Of a stretch of DNA of 64,000 nucleotides, positions 39,001 through 49,553 are shown in pieces (within the stretch, counting starts at the first letter, position 1; each line of letters opens with the position of its first letter). The stretch spans positions 65,898 to 129,897 of the forward strand of contig RFTJ01000002.1 of NCBI GenBank assembly GCA_009923495.1. Direction: 5' to 3'. Both the position numbers and the translations under genes were made by a program. The notes below the pieces were generated by a model. That model saw only the letters and a program-made list of their open reading frames with translations. It had not been told where the DNA came from and did no database searches. The DNA is from Actinomycetota bacterium (GTDB lineage Bacteria; Actinomycetota; Actinomycetes; S36-B12; UBA5976).

Positions 39001-39686
39001 ACTGCATCCAATCCTTGTGCAATTCTTAGCAAAAAAGGGTTAGTGACTCGCTCAATGGCCATTGTTGTCTCAGGGCCATGTCCTGGCAATACCCGTGCAT
39101 CATCGGGCAGGGGTAGCACTACATCTCTAAGCGTTTCGCTCATGGCTACCTGCGAACCACCAGGCAAATCAGTTCGACCAATCGCTCCGGCAAATAGGAC
39201 ATCGCCAGAGAATACTGTTGTTACCTCATCACAAATCTTGAAGATTGTTGATCCTTGCGTGTGACCAGGGGCTGGAAGAAGTTCGAATTCGATTCCAGCC
39301 AGCGAAACGGTCGTTTCTTTATCGAAGACGACAACTTTGCTGGGTTCAACAAACTCTAAGTCAATCGAAAGTGAAGCTTTCAGCATCATTACAGTCTCTG
39401 GAGAAATGCCCGAATATGGATCTGACAGCAGGTGTCGGTCCGATTCATGTATGTAAGCCGCGATATCGTAACCAGTGCTTAGGGGATAGACGGACCACAT
39501 GTGATCTATGTGACCATGAGTTAATAAGGTGGCTACGGGTTTCAGTTTGTGTTTGGCGATGACATCAGCAACCTGCCCAACACATTCATAGCCGGGGTCA
39601 ATGATGATGCATTCGGCGTTTGCTGATGGTGCGACGATATAGCAGTTTGTCTGCCAGTCACCCGCGGGAAAGGTGCTTATCAGCAT
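38997..39686 (-). CDS. MBL-fold metallo-hydrolase (glyoxalase II-like, Rv2581c-like)
   Basis: THGHIDH motif, PGHTQGS, HGP. Start moved to ATG at 39686, preceded by GAGGGG. The track TTG is at 39710. Confidence 0.85.
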   Translation of the reverse strand: MLISTFPAGDWQTNCYIVAPSANAECIIIDPGYECVGQVADVIAKHKLKPVATLLTHGHIDHMWSVYPLSTGYDIAAYIHESDRHLLSDPYSGISPETVMMLKASLSIDLEFVEPSKVVVFDKETTVSLAGIEFELLPAPGHTQGSTIFKICDEVTTVFSGDVLFAGAIGRTDLPGGSQVAMSETLRDVVLPLPDDARVLPGHGPETTMAIERVTNPFLLRIAQGLDAV

Positions 39687-39752
39687 TGAAGTCCCCTCTA
39701 AATACAACAATTAGATAAGGGTATCGCGAGTTTTTTCTTTGCCAAATGGGCA

Positions 39753-39758
39753 TAGAAT
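39753..39758 (+). promoter_or_regulatory. Candidate -10 hexamer TAGAAT, 8 nt upstream of the cyclophilin ATG with no SD, suggesting a possible leaderless mRNA
   Basis: gggcaTAGAATaatgaaccATG. Confidence 0.35.
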
Positions 39759-39766
39759 AATGAACC

Positions 39767-40552
39767 ATGTCGAATAAACGAGAAAAAGAACTGGCTAGAG
39801 CCAAGTGGGAACGCCAGCAGGCGCGTCGCCAAGAAAGAGCCCAGCGTGAAAGTGTTATCAAGCGCGCAGTGCTAGCAGGCGTTTTGGTCCTAGCGACAGT
39901 TGGCTATTTCATCGTGGCTCGGCCAGACGCAAAGCCTGTTGCCAAGCCGGTCGTATCTGCAACGCCGGCTGCGTCTAATAGCGCAGTTGCTGCCGCTAGA
40001 TGTAAACCAGTTTCTGATCTGCAGACTAAACCTCGACAATTTCCGTCGGCACCTACGAGCGGAAATTTGCGTAAAAATTTGAGGCTGACCACAAACTGCG
40101 GAGTAATCGACATTGAATTAGATCAAAATGCACCGACCACAAACAAGGTGATGAGCAATTTAGCTACGGCTGCTTACTTCACTAAAACAGCCTGTCATCG
40201 ACTCACGACTAGTGGCATCTATGTTTTGCAGTGCGGCGATCCGTCTGGCACGGGATCGGGTACCCCAGGATTCAGCTTTGCTGATGAGAATCTGCCAAAG
40301 GCAGACAGCAGTGGCACTTACATTTACCCACGGGGAACGCTGGCTATGGCCAATAGTGGGCCTAATACCAACGGAAGCCAATTCTTTATTGTTTACCAAA
40401 ACAGTCCACTACCTGCGAACTACACAGTTTGGGGTCGAGTCACATCGGGGCTATCTGTAGTTGATCGTGTGGCTGCTGCCGGAGTAGCCGACGGTAAAAA
40501 AGATGGTAAACCAAATGCAAACATCGTTATTGAACAAGCTTTTGCTCGATAA
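39767..40552 (+). CDS. Cyclophilin-type peptidyl-prolyl isomerase with basic N-terminus and TM anchor (PpiB-like)
   Basis: N-terminal KREKELARAKWERQQARRQERAQRE followed by a TM helix. Cyclophilin core GTLAMANSGPNTNGSQFFIVY. Confidence 0.88.
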   Translation: MSNKREKELARAKWERQQARRQERAQRESVIKRAVLAGVLVLATVGYFIVARPDAKPVAKPVVSATPAASNSAVAAARCKPVSDLQTKPRQFPSAPTSGNLRKNLRLTTNCGVIDIELDQNAPTTNKVMSNLATAAYFTKTACHRLTTSGIYVLQCGDPSGTGSGTPGFSFADENLPKADSSGTYIYPRGTLAMANSGPNTNGSQFFIVYQNSPLPANYTVWGRVTSGLSVVDRVAAAGVADGKKDGKPNANIVIEQAFAR

Positions 40553-40579
40553 TCTAGTCAGCGCTAGCGCGCATACAGG

Positions 40580-40585
40580 TAAGGT
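40580..40585 (+). promoter_or_regulatory. Candidate -10 hexamer TAAGGT, 6 nt upstream of the DUF349 ATG with no SD
   Basis: caggTAAGGTattggcATG. Confidence 0.3.
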
Positions 40586-40591
40586 ATTGGC

Positions 40592-41821
40592 ATGACAACA
40601 TCTAATGATTTTGGATACGTTGATAGCGAGAAGAACGCGTTCATTAACTCCGAATCTGGCCCTATCAAGGTCGGCTCATTTCCAGATGGGACTGCTGAAG
40701 AAGCCTTCGCCTTTTTCACCAAGCGTTACACCGACTTACTAACCGATGTTGAATTGACCATCGCGCGCCTGCAGGAGGGAAAAGGCTCAACTGACGGTAT
40801 CAGTGCGGTAACTGATCGAATCCAAGCGGCTGTTGACTCACCTAACTTGATCGGTGATCTCAATCATCTTCGAACTGCAAAAACACAGATAGATTCGCTA
40901 CTAGAAAAGCGCCGTATCGCGAATGCCGAGCGAAAGGCGCAACTGCGGGCTGAAGGCATGGAAAAGCGCACGGCTGTTGTTGAACTGGCTGAGAAGCTAA
41001 CGGACTCAAAGTCCTGGAAGGCTACAACGGAAAAATTTCAAGAATTGCTCGATGAATGGAAGGCGTTGCCGCACGCAGAGAAAGCTGTAGAACAGGAACT
41101 TTGGGCTCGTTTCCGCAAGGCCAGATCCACTTTTGATAAAGCCCGAAAGGCACATTTTGAGCAATTAACCGCCGTGCGGGCTGAGGCGGTCGCCGCAAAA
41201 CAGGAGATCATCAAGAAAGCTGCTGCGGTTGTGGATAGCACAGAATGGGTGTCGACAGCTAATACTTTGAAACGACTCATGAGCGAGTGGAAAGCCCTAC
41301 CTCGTGCCGCCAAGGCCAAGGAAGACAAACTTTGGCAAGAGTTCAAAGAATTACAAGATCGGTTCTTTGCCGCTAAATCTGCGCACGACGCAACTAAAGA
41401 TGAGGAATACGTAGCGAATTTGGCAGCAAAGGAAGCTTTACTTGAAAAAGCTGAAGCGTTGTTACCAATACATGATTTAGAAGCCGCTAAGAAGTCCCTT
41501 CGCGCAATCCAGGAACAGTGGGAAAAGGCTGGACACGTACCGCGCGACGCAAAAGAAAAGATTGAACGCCGGCTCAAAGCCGTTGAAAATGCAGTTCGAA
41601 AGCTACAAGAGGAACATTGGCACAAAACCAATCCTGAAGTAGTTCAGAGGGCAAATGGCATCGTTTCCTCATTCGAAAGTTCACTTGAAAAGCTCGATAA
41701 ACAGATTGCAGCTGCCCAAGCCGCTGGCAAAGATGCCGAAGTTGCAAAACTAAGTGTGACCAGGGAGCAGACCGCCTCCTTACTTGAAGCGGCTCGAGCC
41801 GGTGCTGCGCAATTTGGGTAA
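40592..41821 (+). CDS. DUF349 repeat protein (coiled-coil, nucleic-acid-binding family of unknown function)
   Basis: Three internal repeats of the DUF349 type, for example EWKALPHAEKAVEQELWARFRKARSTFDKARKAHF, EWKALPRAAKAKEDKLWQEFKELQDRFFAAKSAH and QWEKAGHVPRDAKEKIERRLKAVENAVRKL. Confidence 0.8.
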   Translation: MTTSNDFGYVDSEKNAFINSESGPIKVGSFPDGTAEEAFAFFTKRYTDLLTDVELTIARLQEGKGSTDGISAVTDRIQAAVDSPNLIGDLNHLRTAKTQIDSLLEKRRIANAERKAQLRAEGMEKRTAVVELAEKLTDSKSWKATTEKFQELLDEWKALPHAEKAVEQELWARFRKARSTFDKARKAHFEQLTAVRAEAVAAKQEIIKKAAAVVDSTEWVSTANTLKRLMSEWKALPRAAKAKEDKLWQEFKELQDRFFAAKSAHDATKDEEYVANLAAKEALLEKAEALLPIHDLEAAKKSLRAIQEQWEKAGHVPRDAKEKIERRLKAVENAVRKLQEEHWHKTNPEVVQRANGIVSSFESSLEKLDKQIAAAQAAGKDAEVAKLSVTREQTASLLEAARAGAAQFG

Positions 41822-41822
41822 C

Positions 41823-44054
41823 TCACACCCGATAAACATCGAAAACGCCATCAATACCACGCACTGCGCGTAACACCTGGTTCAAATGCGATGGATCAGC
41901 CATTTCAAAGGTAAAACGACTAATTGCAACTCGATCCCGAGTTGTAGTAACAGAAGCGTTCAGAATGTTTACATGTTGGTCTGAGAGGGCCTTAGTGACA
42001 TCTGACAATAAACGAGACCTGTCGAGTGCCTCTACTTGGATGTTGACTAAATAAACACTGCCCTTACCTGGAGTCCACTTCACTTCAACTATGCGTTCAG
42101 CTTGCAATTGAAGTGATCCTGCGTTCACACAATCTGTCCGATGGACGCTCACGCCTGATCCCCTGGTGACAAAACCGAAAACTTCGTCACCAGGTACTGG
42201 TGTGCAGCAACGTGCAAGCTTCACCCAGGTATCGGCAGCCCCAATGACAGTTACGCCTGGCTCCGATTTGGATGCTCTTCTGGTCGGCGATTCACCTGGA
42301 GTGATCAGTTCAGAAGTTTCTTCAATCAACCCCTCTTCGCCACCATGAGCTTGCAACAAACGAGTGACGACAGTTTGCGCACCTAAGTGGCCTTCACCCA
42401 CTGCGGCATAAAGCGAGCTCACATCGGAATAATGTCCGTCGGCCGCAAGTGAAGCGAGCATACTATTGGTCAGTAGGCGCAGCGGGACACCTTGCTTTTT
42501 CATCGCGCGGGCTATTTGGTCTTTGCCCGACTCTATAGCCTCCTCGCGGCGCTCTTTACTGAACCAAGACTTAATCTTCGACTTTGCCCTGGCACTGACC
42601 GCGATATTGAGCCAGTCTCGGCTCGGTCCGGCGCTGTCACTTTTGTTAGTAATTACTTCAACAGTGTCGCCATTGGATAGAGCGGTATCCAATGGTGCAA
42701 GTTTGCCGTTAATGCGAGCGCCAACGCACCGATTGCCAACCTCAGTGTGGACTGAATATGCAAAGTCAATGGGTGTACTCCCCTTTGGAAGTGCCAAAAC
42801 TTCGCCTTTAGGCGTGAAAACATAAACCTCTGAAACGCCAAGGTCCTCGCGCAGTGAATCTAGAAATTCTCCTGGATCTTCAGTTTCGCGCTGCCAATCA
42901 AGCAGTTGGCGAACCCAGCCAAGATCATCTGGTCCAGATTTCCCCGCTACTTGATTCTGCTTGTATCGCCAGTGCGAGGCCACGCCGTATTCAGCAGCGC
43001 GATGCATTTCATGGGTGCGAATTTGAAATTCGACTGGCTTACCACCTGGGCCGATAACTGTGGTGTGTAACGACTGATACATCGTGAATTTGGGCATCGC
43101 AATGTAATCTTTGAAGCGGCCTGGAACTGGATTCCAGTGATTGTGAACCACACCTAGTGTGGCATAACAATCCTGTATAGAATCAACCAGAATTCGTACA
43201 CCCGTGAGATCATAAATGTCCTGAAAGTCACGGCCACGAACAATCATTTTTTGATAGACGCTGTAGTAGTGTTTCGGGCGCCCGGAAACTTCAGTCTCTA
43301 ATCCTGCTTCCTTGAGATCGACTTGAACTTCGGCAATCAACTTATTGAGAAATTCGTCTCGGGCCGGCGCCTGTTGGTCTACTAAACGCACAATCTCATC
43401 AAACATCTTTGGATAGAGAGTTGCGAACGAAAGATCCTCTAATTCCCATTTGATGGCATTCATGCCGAGCCTGTGCGCTAGTGGAGCGTAAATTTCAAGC
43501 GTCTCTCTCGCTTTTTGCTCTTGCTTCTCCGCTGGTAAGTAGCTAAGTGTGCGCATGTTGTGTAGGCGGTCTGTAAGTTTGATAACCAGCACGCGAATGT
43601 CTCGGGCCATTGCCACAACCATTTTTCGGACTGTTTCTGCGGCCGATGCGTTGCCAAACTTTACTTTGTCTAATTTGGTTACACCGTCAACTAGCCCAGC
43701 AACTTCTGAACCGAAATCCTGTTCAAGCTGCACCAGTGAATAGGCGGTATCTTCGACAGTGTCGTGAAGGAGAGCGGCGATAATCGTCGGCTCGGTCATG
43801 CCTAAATCAGCAAGGATGCCTGCAACAGCCACAGGATGAGTTATGTATGAATCCCCAGATCGTCGACTCTGCTCCCGATGAAAGTAGGCAGCGTATTGGT
43901 AGCCCTTGTAAATTCGCTCGGTTGAGGACGCCGGATGAAAGGCTAACAGGCTGTCAATTACCGACAATAAATTGGCAGGGGGCGCCCAGTTCTCGCCTGA
44001 ATAGGCGGCAACGGCTAACTCGAGTGATTCACTTACTGCCCCACTGTTTGGCAT
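41823..44054 (-). CDS. relA: Bifunctional (p)ppGpp synthetase/hydrolase RelA/SpoT homolog
   Basis: 743 aa. HD domain ([15 protein letters not shown]...LLHDTVEDT), synthetase region (YQSLHTTV), TGS ([22 protein letters not shown]) and a C-terminal ACT domain. Confidence 0.96.
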   Translation of the reverse strand: MPNSGAVSESLELAVAAYSGENWAPPANLLSVIDSLLAFHPASSTERIYKGYQYAAYFHREQSRRSGDSYITHPVAVAGILADLGMTEPTIIAALLHDTVEDTAYSLVQLEQDFGSEVAGLVDGVTKLDKVKFGNASAAETVRKMVVAMARDIRVLVIKLTDRLHNMRTLSYLPAEKQEQKARETLEIYAPLAHRLGMNAIKWELEDLSFATLYPKMFDEIVRLVDQQAPARDEFLNKLIAEVQVDLKEAGLETEVSGRPKHYYSVYQKMIVRGRDFQDIYDLTGVRILVDSIQDCYATLGVVHNHWNPVPGRFKDYIAMPKFTMYQSLHTTVIGPGGKPVEFQIRTHEMHRAAEYGVASHWRYKQNQVAGKSGPDDLGWVRQLLDWQRETEDPGEFLDSLREDLGVSEVYVFTPKGEVLALPKGSTPIDFAYSVHTEVGNRCVGARINGKLAPLDTALSNGDTVEVITNKSDSAGPSRDWLNIAVSARAKSKIKSWFSKERREEAIESGKDQIARAMKKQGVPLRLLTNSMLASLAADGHYSDVSSLYAAVGEGHLGAQTVVTRLLQAHGGEEGLIEETSELITPGESPTRRASKSEPGVTVIGAADTWVKLARCCTPVPGDEVFGFVTRGSGVSVHRTDCVNAGSLQLQAERIVEVKWTPGKGSVYLVNIQVEALDRSRLLSDVTKALSDQHVNILNASVTTTRDRVAISRFTFEMADPSHLNQVLRAVRGIDGVFDVYRV

Positions 44055-44071
44055 CGGCTCCTCCTGGGTTC

Positions 44072-44077
44072 ATTCTA
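44072..44077 (-). promoter_or_regulatory. Candidate -10 hexamer TAGAAT for relA
   Basis: Gene strand reads ttcagc-N17-TAGAATgaaccCAGGAGGagccgATG. Confidence 0.35.
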
Positions 44078-44107
44078 CGCTTTGGAATAGCGATGCTGAA
44101 CGAATCC

Positions 44108-44638
44108 TTAATCGAGCACCGAGATTAACCGCACCTCAGGATGGTCGGCGCAAATGCGACTTGCTCCACCTAAAAAGTCCAAATTCAGTAATACCGCAAA
44201 ACCGACGACTGTAGCACCTGTTTGTTCGATGACATTGATTGTCGCGTTTACAGTTCCGCCCGTTGCTAAGACATCGTCAACAATCAGCACTCGATCTGCG
44301 CTGGACAGGGAGTCAGTGTGGATTTCAATAGCGTCGCTGCCGTACTCAAGTACATAATCTGCGCGATATGTCTGACGAGGTAGTTTGCCCAGCTTCCTAA
44401 CAGGCACGAAGCCGACCTGCATGAGATGGGCTAAGGCGCCACCGAGTATGAAACCCCTGGCCTCTATTCCGACAACAGCGGTAATGTCTGCTGATTTGAA
44501 TTCGGTTGCCATGGCATTTACGACAAAAGCGAAAGCCTGTGCATCAGCAAAAACCGGAGTGACATCTTTGAAAATGATTCCAGGCTCAGGATAATCGGCG
44601 ATTTCAACAATCGTCGAACGAGCGCGTTGGCTATCCAT
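44108..44638 (-). CDS. apt: Adenine phosphoribosyltransferase
   Basis: PRPP motif VLIVDDVLATGGT. DYPEPGIIFKDVTP. Confidence 0.94.
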   Translation of the reverse strand: MDSQRARSTIVEIADYPEPGIIFKDVTPVFADAQAFAFVVNAMATEFKSADITAVVGIEARGFILGGALAHLMQVGFVPVRKLGKLPRQTYRADYVLEYGSDAIEIHTDSLSSADRVLIVDDVLATGGTVNATINVIEQTGATVVGFAVLLNLDFLGGASRICADHPEVRLISVLD

Positions 44639-44640
44639 AG

Positions 44641-45723
44641 CTACTTGCCAGAGCGGGAAGACCGAGTTCGCTTAACTCTCTGTTGGCGCGGGCCACTGAC
44701 AACTCCCCTAGTGCTCTCGACAAGCACTGCTGGTCCAGACTCGCCTCCGGTGTTCTTGCGGCGAGATTCGACACGGTTGGCTTGGGCTTGAACCGCAGGA
44801 TTGCGCTCCTTGATTTGAACTAGGAATGGAGTCGCTATGAAGATCGATGAGTAGGTACCGACTAGCATGCCGACAAATAATGACAAAGCAAGGTCGTTGA
44901 GTGTTCCAGGTCCTAGTTGGGTAATTCCAATGAACAGGATTGAAAACACCGGAAGCAAAGCAACGATCGAAGTATTAATACTTCGCACCAGAGTTTGGTT
45001 AAGAGCCAGATTGGCTGCTTCTCGATAAGTCATACGACTGCCGGACAAAATACCACTGGTGTTTTCTCGAACTTTGTCAAAAACTACGACAGTGTCATAA
45101 AGCGAATAGCCCAGAATCGTTAGAAAGCCAATTACAGTGGCAGGAGTCACTTCAAAACCGACTAAGGCATAAACGCCAACCGTGATTAGAACGTCGTGGA
45201 CTAGTGCAGTCAGAGCAGCAATCGCCATCGGCCACTCAAAATAGAATGACAAAAACAGTGCTACCAAAATTAGAAAAACTACTAGAGCACGGGCTGCATT
45301 CTTGGAGACCTCAGCCCCCCAAGTTGGCCCCACCATCTGCGAGGTAACTTTACTTTGCTCAGTCTTAAAGGCTGCAGCCAAGCTATTTGTTACCTTTGTT
45401 GATTCTTCCGATGTTAAGGATGGTGTCTGGACTCGCAATTTGTCCTGACCAACAATTGTCACTGAAGCCGCTACTGATCCGGCGTCTTCTACCGCCTTGC
45501 GCGCCGTGGTGACATCTGAAGTTGCAGCATTTGGCACCTGAACTGTGTACTGTGCACCACCTTTGAACTCGATGCCTAAATTAAGTCCAGCAACGGATAA
45601 AGTTCCGATGGAAAGTGTAAGGAAAACTGCGGAAACGATGTACCAAACCCGCCTTCTGCCGACGAAATCGTAAGAGACTTCCCCTCGGTAGAGCCGATTA
45701 CCTAAATCGCCAAGTTTTGACAT
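44641..45723 (-). CDS. secF: Protein translocase subunit SecF
   Basis: 360 aa. GLNLGIEFKGG and the six-TM SecF core (LYDTVVVFDKVREN). Confidence 0.94.
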   Translation of the reverse strand: MSKLGDLGNRLYRGEVSYDFVGRRRVWYIVSAVFLTLSIGTLSVAGLNLGIEFKGGAQYTVQVPNAATSDVTTARKAVEDAGSVAASVTIVGQDKLRVQTPSLTSEESTKVTNSLAAAFKTEQSKVTSQMVGPTWGAEVSKNAARALVVFLILVALFLSFYFEWPMAIAALTALVHDVLITVGVYALVGFEVTPATVIGFLTILGYSLYDTVVVFDKVRENTSGILSGSRMTYREAANLALNQTLVRSINTSIVALLPVFSILFIGITQLGPGTLNDLALSLFVGMLVGTYSSIFIATPFLVQIKERNPAVQAQANRVESRRKNTGGESGPAVLVESTRGVVSGPRQQRVKRTRSSRSGK

Positions 45724-47300
45724 TATGCGCTCACCTCTGTCTGCTCTGGAGCCCCAAGTCGCTTAGGCGAAACACCAGTCATAGCTGAACCCCTATTCAT
45801 CCAATTACTGTTGGCGATAACACTTACCAATGGTCGTGTGAAGAGAATCGCAATGAAGACATCAATTACGGTAGTCAAACCCAAGGTGAAGGCAAAACCA
45901 CGGACGCTACCAACTGACAAGTAGTAGAGAATCACAGCAGCCAACAACGAAACAAAGTCAGCCGCCAAAATTGTGCGTCTGGCGCGCAACCAACCCTGAT
46001 CAACTGCAGAGCGCAACCGTTTCCCCTCGCGCAATTCATCCCGAATTCGTTCAAAGTAGACCACGAAAGAGTCAGCTGTAATACCAATTGCGACAATCGC
46101 ACCAGCCGTTCCGGCCAAGGTCAAAGTGAAACCGATCTGATCGCCCAAGAGAATAAAGCTCAAGTACAACCAAGCCGCAGCTCCAAGCAAACTTGCTATT
46201 GCTACTAAGCCAAGTACTCGGTAATAAACGAATAGATAGATGATGACCAAAAGCAAACCAAATCCACCTGCAAGTAAAGCTGCGTGCAATTGGTCGTTAC
46301 CCAGTGTTGGTGAAATTTGTGACTTCTCGTCAATGTTTAGGGAGACGGGCAATGCACCGTATTTAAGTTGCTGGGCAAGAAGCTTTGAGGTTTGGGCGGT
46401 AAAGTTTCCCGTGATTACGGCGTTGCCGCCAAGGATTGCCTCATTGACTCGCGGTGCACTAATTACTTTGCCATCAAGGACAATGCCGAATTGATTCATC
46501 GGCTCTTTCTCGCCGGATAAGCGCTTGGTGATGTCCGCAAATTTCGACGCTCCCGCTGTAGTCATGTTCAGCGAGATTTCGTATCCGCCGGCACCCTGGG
46601 CAGGTAAACCAGCAGTTGCATTCTTGATGTCCGTTCCAGAGAGTTCAGCTGGCGCTAACAAGTACTTTCCGGCCTGATCATCAGAGCAAGTGATGAGATA
46701 CTGAGATTCATTATCAGCGGTGTTTGAGGAGTTTGCTGCAAAACTTGCACAATCCAATGCTTGGAAGATTTTTACTGAACGCGCATCGTTAGGGTCACTA
46801 AATTGGATCGGCTGTTTTAGCCAACTTGCCGGAACACTAGGAGTCGGTTTGGGCTTCTTAGTTGGCTTTGCGGAAGCGCCTGGCGAAAGACTTGGTTCAG
46901 GCGCTGTTTGGTTTGTGCCTGGCGCAACTGCCAAGACTTGTCGGAAATTAAGTTTGGCGGTGTTTTTGAGCTGATCGACTACTTCACTGCTGGTTACTCC
47001 GGGAATGCTTACGACGATTTTTGCATTAGCGCCAGAGCCTTGAGTGGTCACTTGTGACTCAGCTACACCGAATCCGTCAACTCGCTGCCTAATAATTCGG
47101 ACAGTTTGATCTAGCTGGTCAGCGGTTACCGGCTTTCCACCATCTCCGATTGGAGCCATGATTACCTGCGTACCGCCGCGCAAATCTAGACCTAATTTTG
47201 GAACATGGGAATCACCAGCAACATAAGCACCGAGTCCAAGCAGGACCGTGATGAGCGTTAATGCCAGCAGAGACTTTCTTGGTTGATAATGCTTTGCCAC
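45723..47300 (-). CDS. secD: Protein translocase subunit SecD
   Basis: 525 aa. LGLDLRGG, a periplasmic domain with a Pro/Ser/Lys-rich linker, and a C-terminal six-TM core (ADSFVVYFERIRDE). Confidence 0.94.
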   Translation of the reverse strand: MAKHYQPRKSLLALTLITVLLGLGAYVAGDSHVPKLGLDLRGGTQVIMAPIGDGGKPVTADQLDQTVRIIRQRVDGFGVAESQVTTQGSGANAKIVVSIPGVTSSEVVDQLKNTAKLNFRQVLAVAPGTNQTAPEPSLSPGASAKPTKKPKPTPSVPASWLKQPIQFSDPNDARSVKIFQALDCASFAANSSNTADNESQYLITCSDDQAGKYLLAPAELSGTDIKNATAGLPAQGAGGYEISLNMTTAGASKFADITKRLSGEKEPMNQFGIVLDGKVISAPRVNEAILGGNAVITGNFTAQTSKLLAQQLKYGALPVSLNIDEKSQISPTLGNDQLHAALLAGGFGLLLVIIYLFVYYRVLGLVAIASLLGAAAWLYLSFILLGDQIGFTLTLAGTAGAIVAIGITADSFVVYFERIRDELREGKRLRSAVDQGWLRARRTILAADFVSLLAAVILYYLSVGSVRGFAFTLGLTTVIDVFIAILFTRPLVSVIANSNWMNRGSAMTGVSPKRLGAPEQTEVSA

Positions 47301-47405
47301 AAGTGTGCTTTCTTCTCGGAAGTCACCTAATCGCAGATGCGGTAGGCATACTGTCCTAGATTAGTGGATAAGTCAGTTACTGCCTAGTGCGACTAGGGAT
47401 AGCGC

Positions 47406-48422
47406 CTATTCGAATAGGCCTTGATTTGGTGGAAAAGAACGGCCGAATAATGCATAAGCTGCAGGTGTCGCTACCCGACCCCGCGTGGTGCGAGTTAACA
47501 GCCCCTGGCGCACGAGAAACGGTTCACACACAGTCTCGATGGTCTCCGCTTCCTCCCCGACGGTGATGGCCAGAGTGCTTAATCCAGCCGGTCCTCCGCC
47601 GAACTTATCGATAAGACACAGTAAGACAGATCTATCCAACCGATCGAGACCGGAGTCGTCGACTTCGTACAGATTTAACGCAGCAATAGAGGTGGCTAAA
47701 TCAACTTCACCTGTTGAGTGCACCTGGTTGAAATCCCGGGCTCGCCGCAGTAGCCGATTTGCAATTCGTGGTGTCCCCCTAGAACGACGGGCAAGTTCGG
47801 CGCTGGCCGCTGGTGAAATAGCGATGTCTAACTTGGCTGCGGAGCGGGCGATTATCTGCTCAAGATCTGCAGAGTCATAAAAGTCCAGTTGCGCAGTGAA
47901 ACCAAATCGGTCGCGAAGTGGTGCCGGCAAGAGTCCGGCCCTTGTCGTGGCACCGGCTAAAGTAAATGGGGGTAAATCAATCGGGATTGATGTGGCCCCC
48001 GGCCCTTTGCCGACCATTACATCCACTCGAAAATCTTCCATCGCCAGATACAGCAACTCCTGCGCGGAACGAGCCACTCGATGTATCTCATCAATAAAGA
48101 GAACCTCTCCGGATTGCAAACTAGAAAGAATGCTGGCCAAATCTCCTGCATGTTGAATCGATGGACCGCTCGTAATACGCAGTGGAGCTTGCATTTCACT
48201 GGCCATAATCATCGCCAAGGTTGTTTTTCCCAATCCAGGGGGTCCAGCAAACAAAACATGATCTGCACTTGCGCCTCTGCCTTTAGCCGCGTGCAGCACA
48301 AGTCCTAGTTGGTCTTTCACTCGCTGCTGGCCGACAAACTCCGACAGCGAATTGGGTCGAAGAGCCGAGTCGTTTGTGGCATCATCGGCAGAAGTCTGTG
48401 CGGCACTCAATTGTTCGTTCAC
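47406..48422 (-). CDS. ruvB: Holliday junction branch migration helicase RuvB
   Basis: [46 protein letters not shown]. Confidence 0.97.
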   Translation of the reverse strand: MNEQLSAAQTSADDATNDSALRPNSLSEFVGQQRVKDQLGLVLHAAKGRGASADHVLFAGPPGLGKTTLAMIMASEMQAPLRITSGPSIQHAGDLASILSSLQSGEVLFIDEIHRVARSAQELLYLAMEDFRVDVMVGKGPGATSIPIDLPPFTLAGATTRAGLLPAPLRDRFGFTAQLDFYDSADLEQIIARSAAKLDIAISPAASAELARRSRGTPRIANRLLRRARDFNQVHSTGEVDLATSIAALNLYEVDDSGLDRLDRSVLLCLIDKFGGGPAGLSTLAITVGEEAETIETVCEPFLVRQGLLTRTTRGRVATPAAYALFGRSFPPNQGLFE

Positions 48423-49006
48423 TTGCTTCGTCCAAGAATTTGCAGAGCGTTTTTGAGCAATTCGGCGATGGGAAGTCCAGCGGACGAACTATCACCGCGC
48501 AAAGTCGTGATAACGGACTGCACATCTCGACTCGGCCAACCTAAGCCACCTAGCGCTTGCTCGATTTGAGCTTCCCAAGGTGCGATCTCACTCGATGACA
48601 GCCCCGTACTAGCTACTCGATCCCTCAATTCAAGTACTAACCGAGAAGCTCCCTTTGCGCCTACACCCGGGGTTTTAGTTAAAGTTGCGGTATCGCCCGA
48701 GGAGATAGCCGTGCGCAATTGTTCGGCAGTTAGGAAGCTCAAAATTGTAAAGGCTAGCCGCGGGCCAAAACCCGACACGCCTTGTATGAGTTCAAACAGC
48801 TCTCTACTTTCATTTGAACTAAAACCGAACAGAGTTAATGACTCTTCTCGCACCACCAATGAGGTATGTAGCGAAATTGGCTCGCCAACTCTAGCGCTAG
48901 AAACGACATCAGGAGCAGCCATAACCTGCATCCCAACGCCACCAATGTTGACTATGACTGAATCTAATCTTCGGTCTAAAACTGTCCCAGATACACTTGC
49001 GATCAT
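48419..49006 (-). CDS. ruvA: Holliday junction DNA-binding protein RuvA
   Basis: [10 protein letters not shown]...[10 protein letters not shown]. HhH motifs ([28 protein letters not shown]). ATG at 49006 overlaps the ruvC TGA (ATGA). The track ORF extends to 49078. Confidence 0.92.
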   Translation of the reverse strand: MIASVSGTVLDRRLDSVIVNIGGVGMQVMAAPDVVSSARVGEPISLHTSLVVREESLTLFGFSSNESRELFELIQGVSGFGPRLAFTILSFLTAEQLRTAISSGDTATLTKTPGVGAKGASRLVLELRDRVASTGLSSSEIAPWEAQIEQALGGLGWPSRDVQSVITTLRGDSSSAGLPIAELLKNALQILGRSK

Positions 49007-49524
49007 GACAGGGCACTCCTTTGAGCAGCGATAGCTTTTGCGACACGCATCTGTCCGATTCCGCGCCAGGCGTGGCAAATAGCAAGTGCTAGCGCATCCG
49101 CTGCGTCAGCGGGTTTTGGTGGCTCGTCCAGTTTTAAAATTCGGGTGACCATTGATGTCACTTGAGCCTTATCTGCACGACCATTACCCGAAACTGCTGC
49201 CTTTACCTCAGTTGGCGTATAGACGGCTACGGGAATGCCTCGTTTTGCCGCTGCCAGCATCACGACAGCACTAGCTGATGCTGTGTCCATTGCAGAGCGG
49301 ACATTATGCTGACTGAAAACGCGCTCCACTGCTATAACTTCCGGTTGATATTTGTCTAGCAGCGCGGTGAACGCGTAGTCGAGCTGTTGAAGCCGCCCCG
49401 GCAATTGGTCGAGATTTGAAGTACGAACTACCTCAACCCCAACAAAATTAGGGACGCGACTAGCCAGTTCAACCACACCCAGTCCACAGCGTGTTAAGCC
49501 AGGGTCTACACCCATAATTCGCAT
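49003..49524 (-). CDS. ruvC: Crossover junction endodeoxyribonuclease RuvC
   Basis: [49 protein letters not shown]. Confidence 0.96.
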   Translation of the reverse strand: MRIMGVDPGLTRCGLGVVELASRVPNFVGVEVVRTSNLDQLPGRLQQLDYAFTALLDKYQPEVIAVERVFSQHNVRSAMDTASASAVVMLAAAKRGIPVAVYTPTEVKAAVSGNGRADKAQVTSMVTRILKLDEPPKPADAADALALAICHAWRGIGQMRVAKAIAAQRSALS

Positions 49525-49536
49525 CGTTACCTCAAT

Positions 49537-49552
49537 CCGAACATTTGTTCGA
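49537..49552. promoter_or_regulatory. LexA (SOS) box upstream of ruvC-ruvA-ruvB
   Basis: cCGAACatttGTTCGA matches the actinobacterial SOS box TCGAAC-N4-GTTCGA at 11 of 12 positions. It lies 13-28 nt upstream of the ruvC ATG, directly downstream of a TAGAAT -10. Confidence 0.75.
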
Positions 49553-49553
49553 A

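Noticed and set aside
39739-39747. Shared 9-mer TTGCCAAAT a few nt upstream of TAGAAT at both the cyclophilin (39739) and ruvC (49566-49574, minus) promoters
   Set aside because: It is tempting to read this as a common regulatory site. However, the spacing to the -10 differs, it is too close to be a -35, and the same 9-mer also occurs inside tatA and tatC coding sequence. I cannot distinguish it from chance without genome-wide statistics.
47301-47405. The hairpin CCTAG-tgcga-CTAGG downstream of ruvB as an intrinsic terminator
   Set aside because: It has only a 5-bp stem with no following U-tract on the transcribed strand. Support is insufficient.
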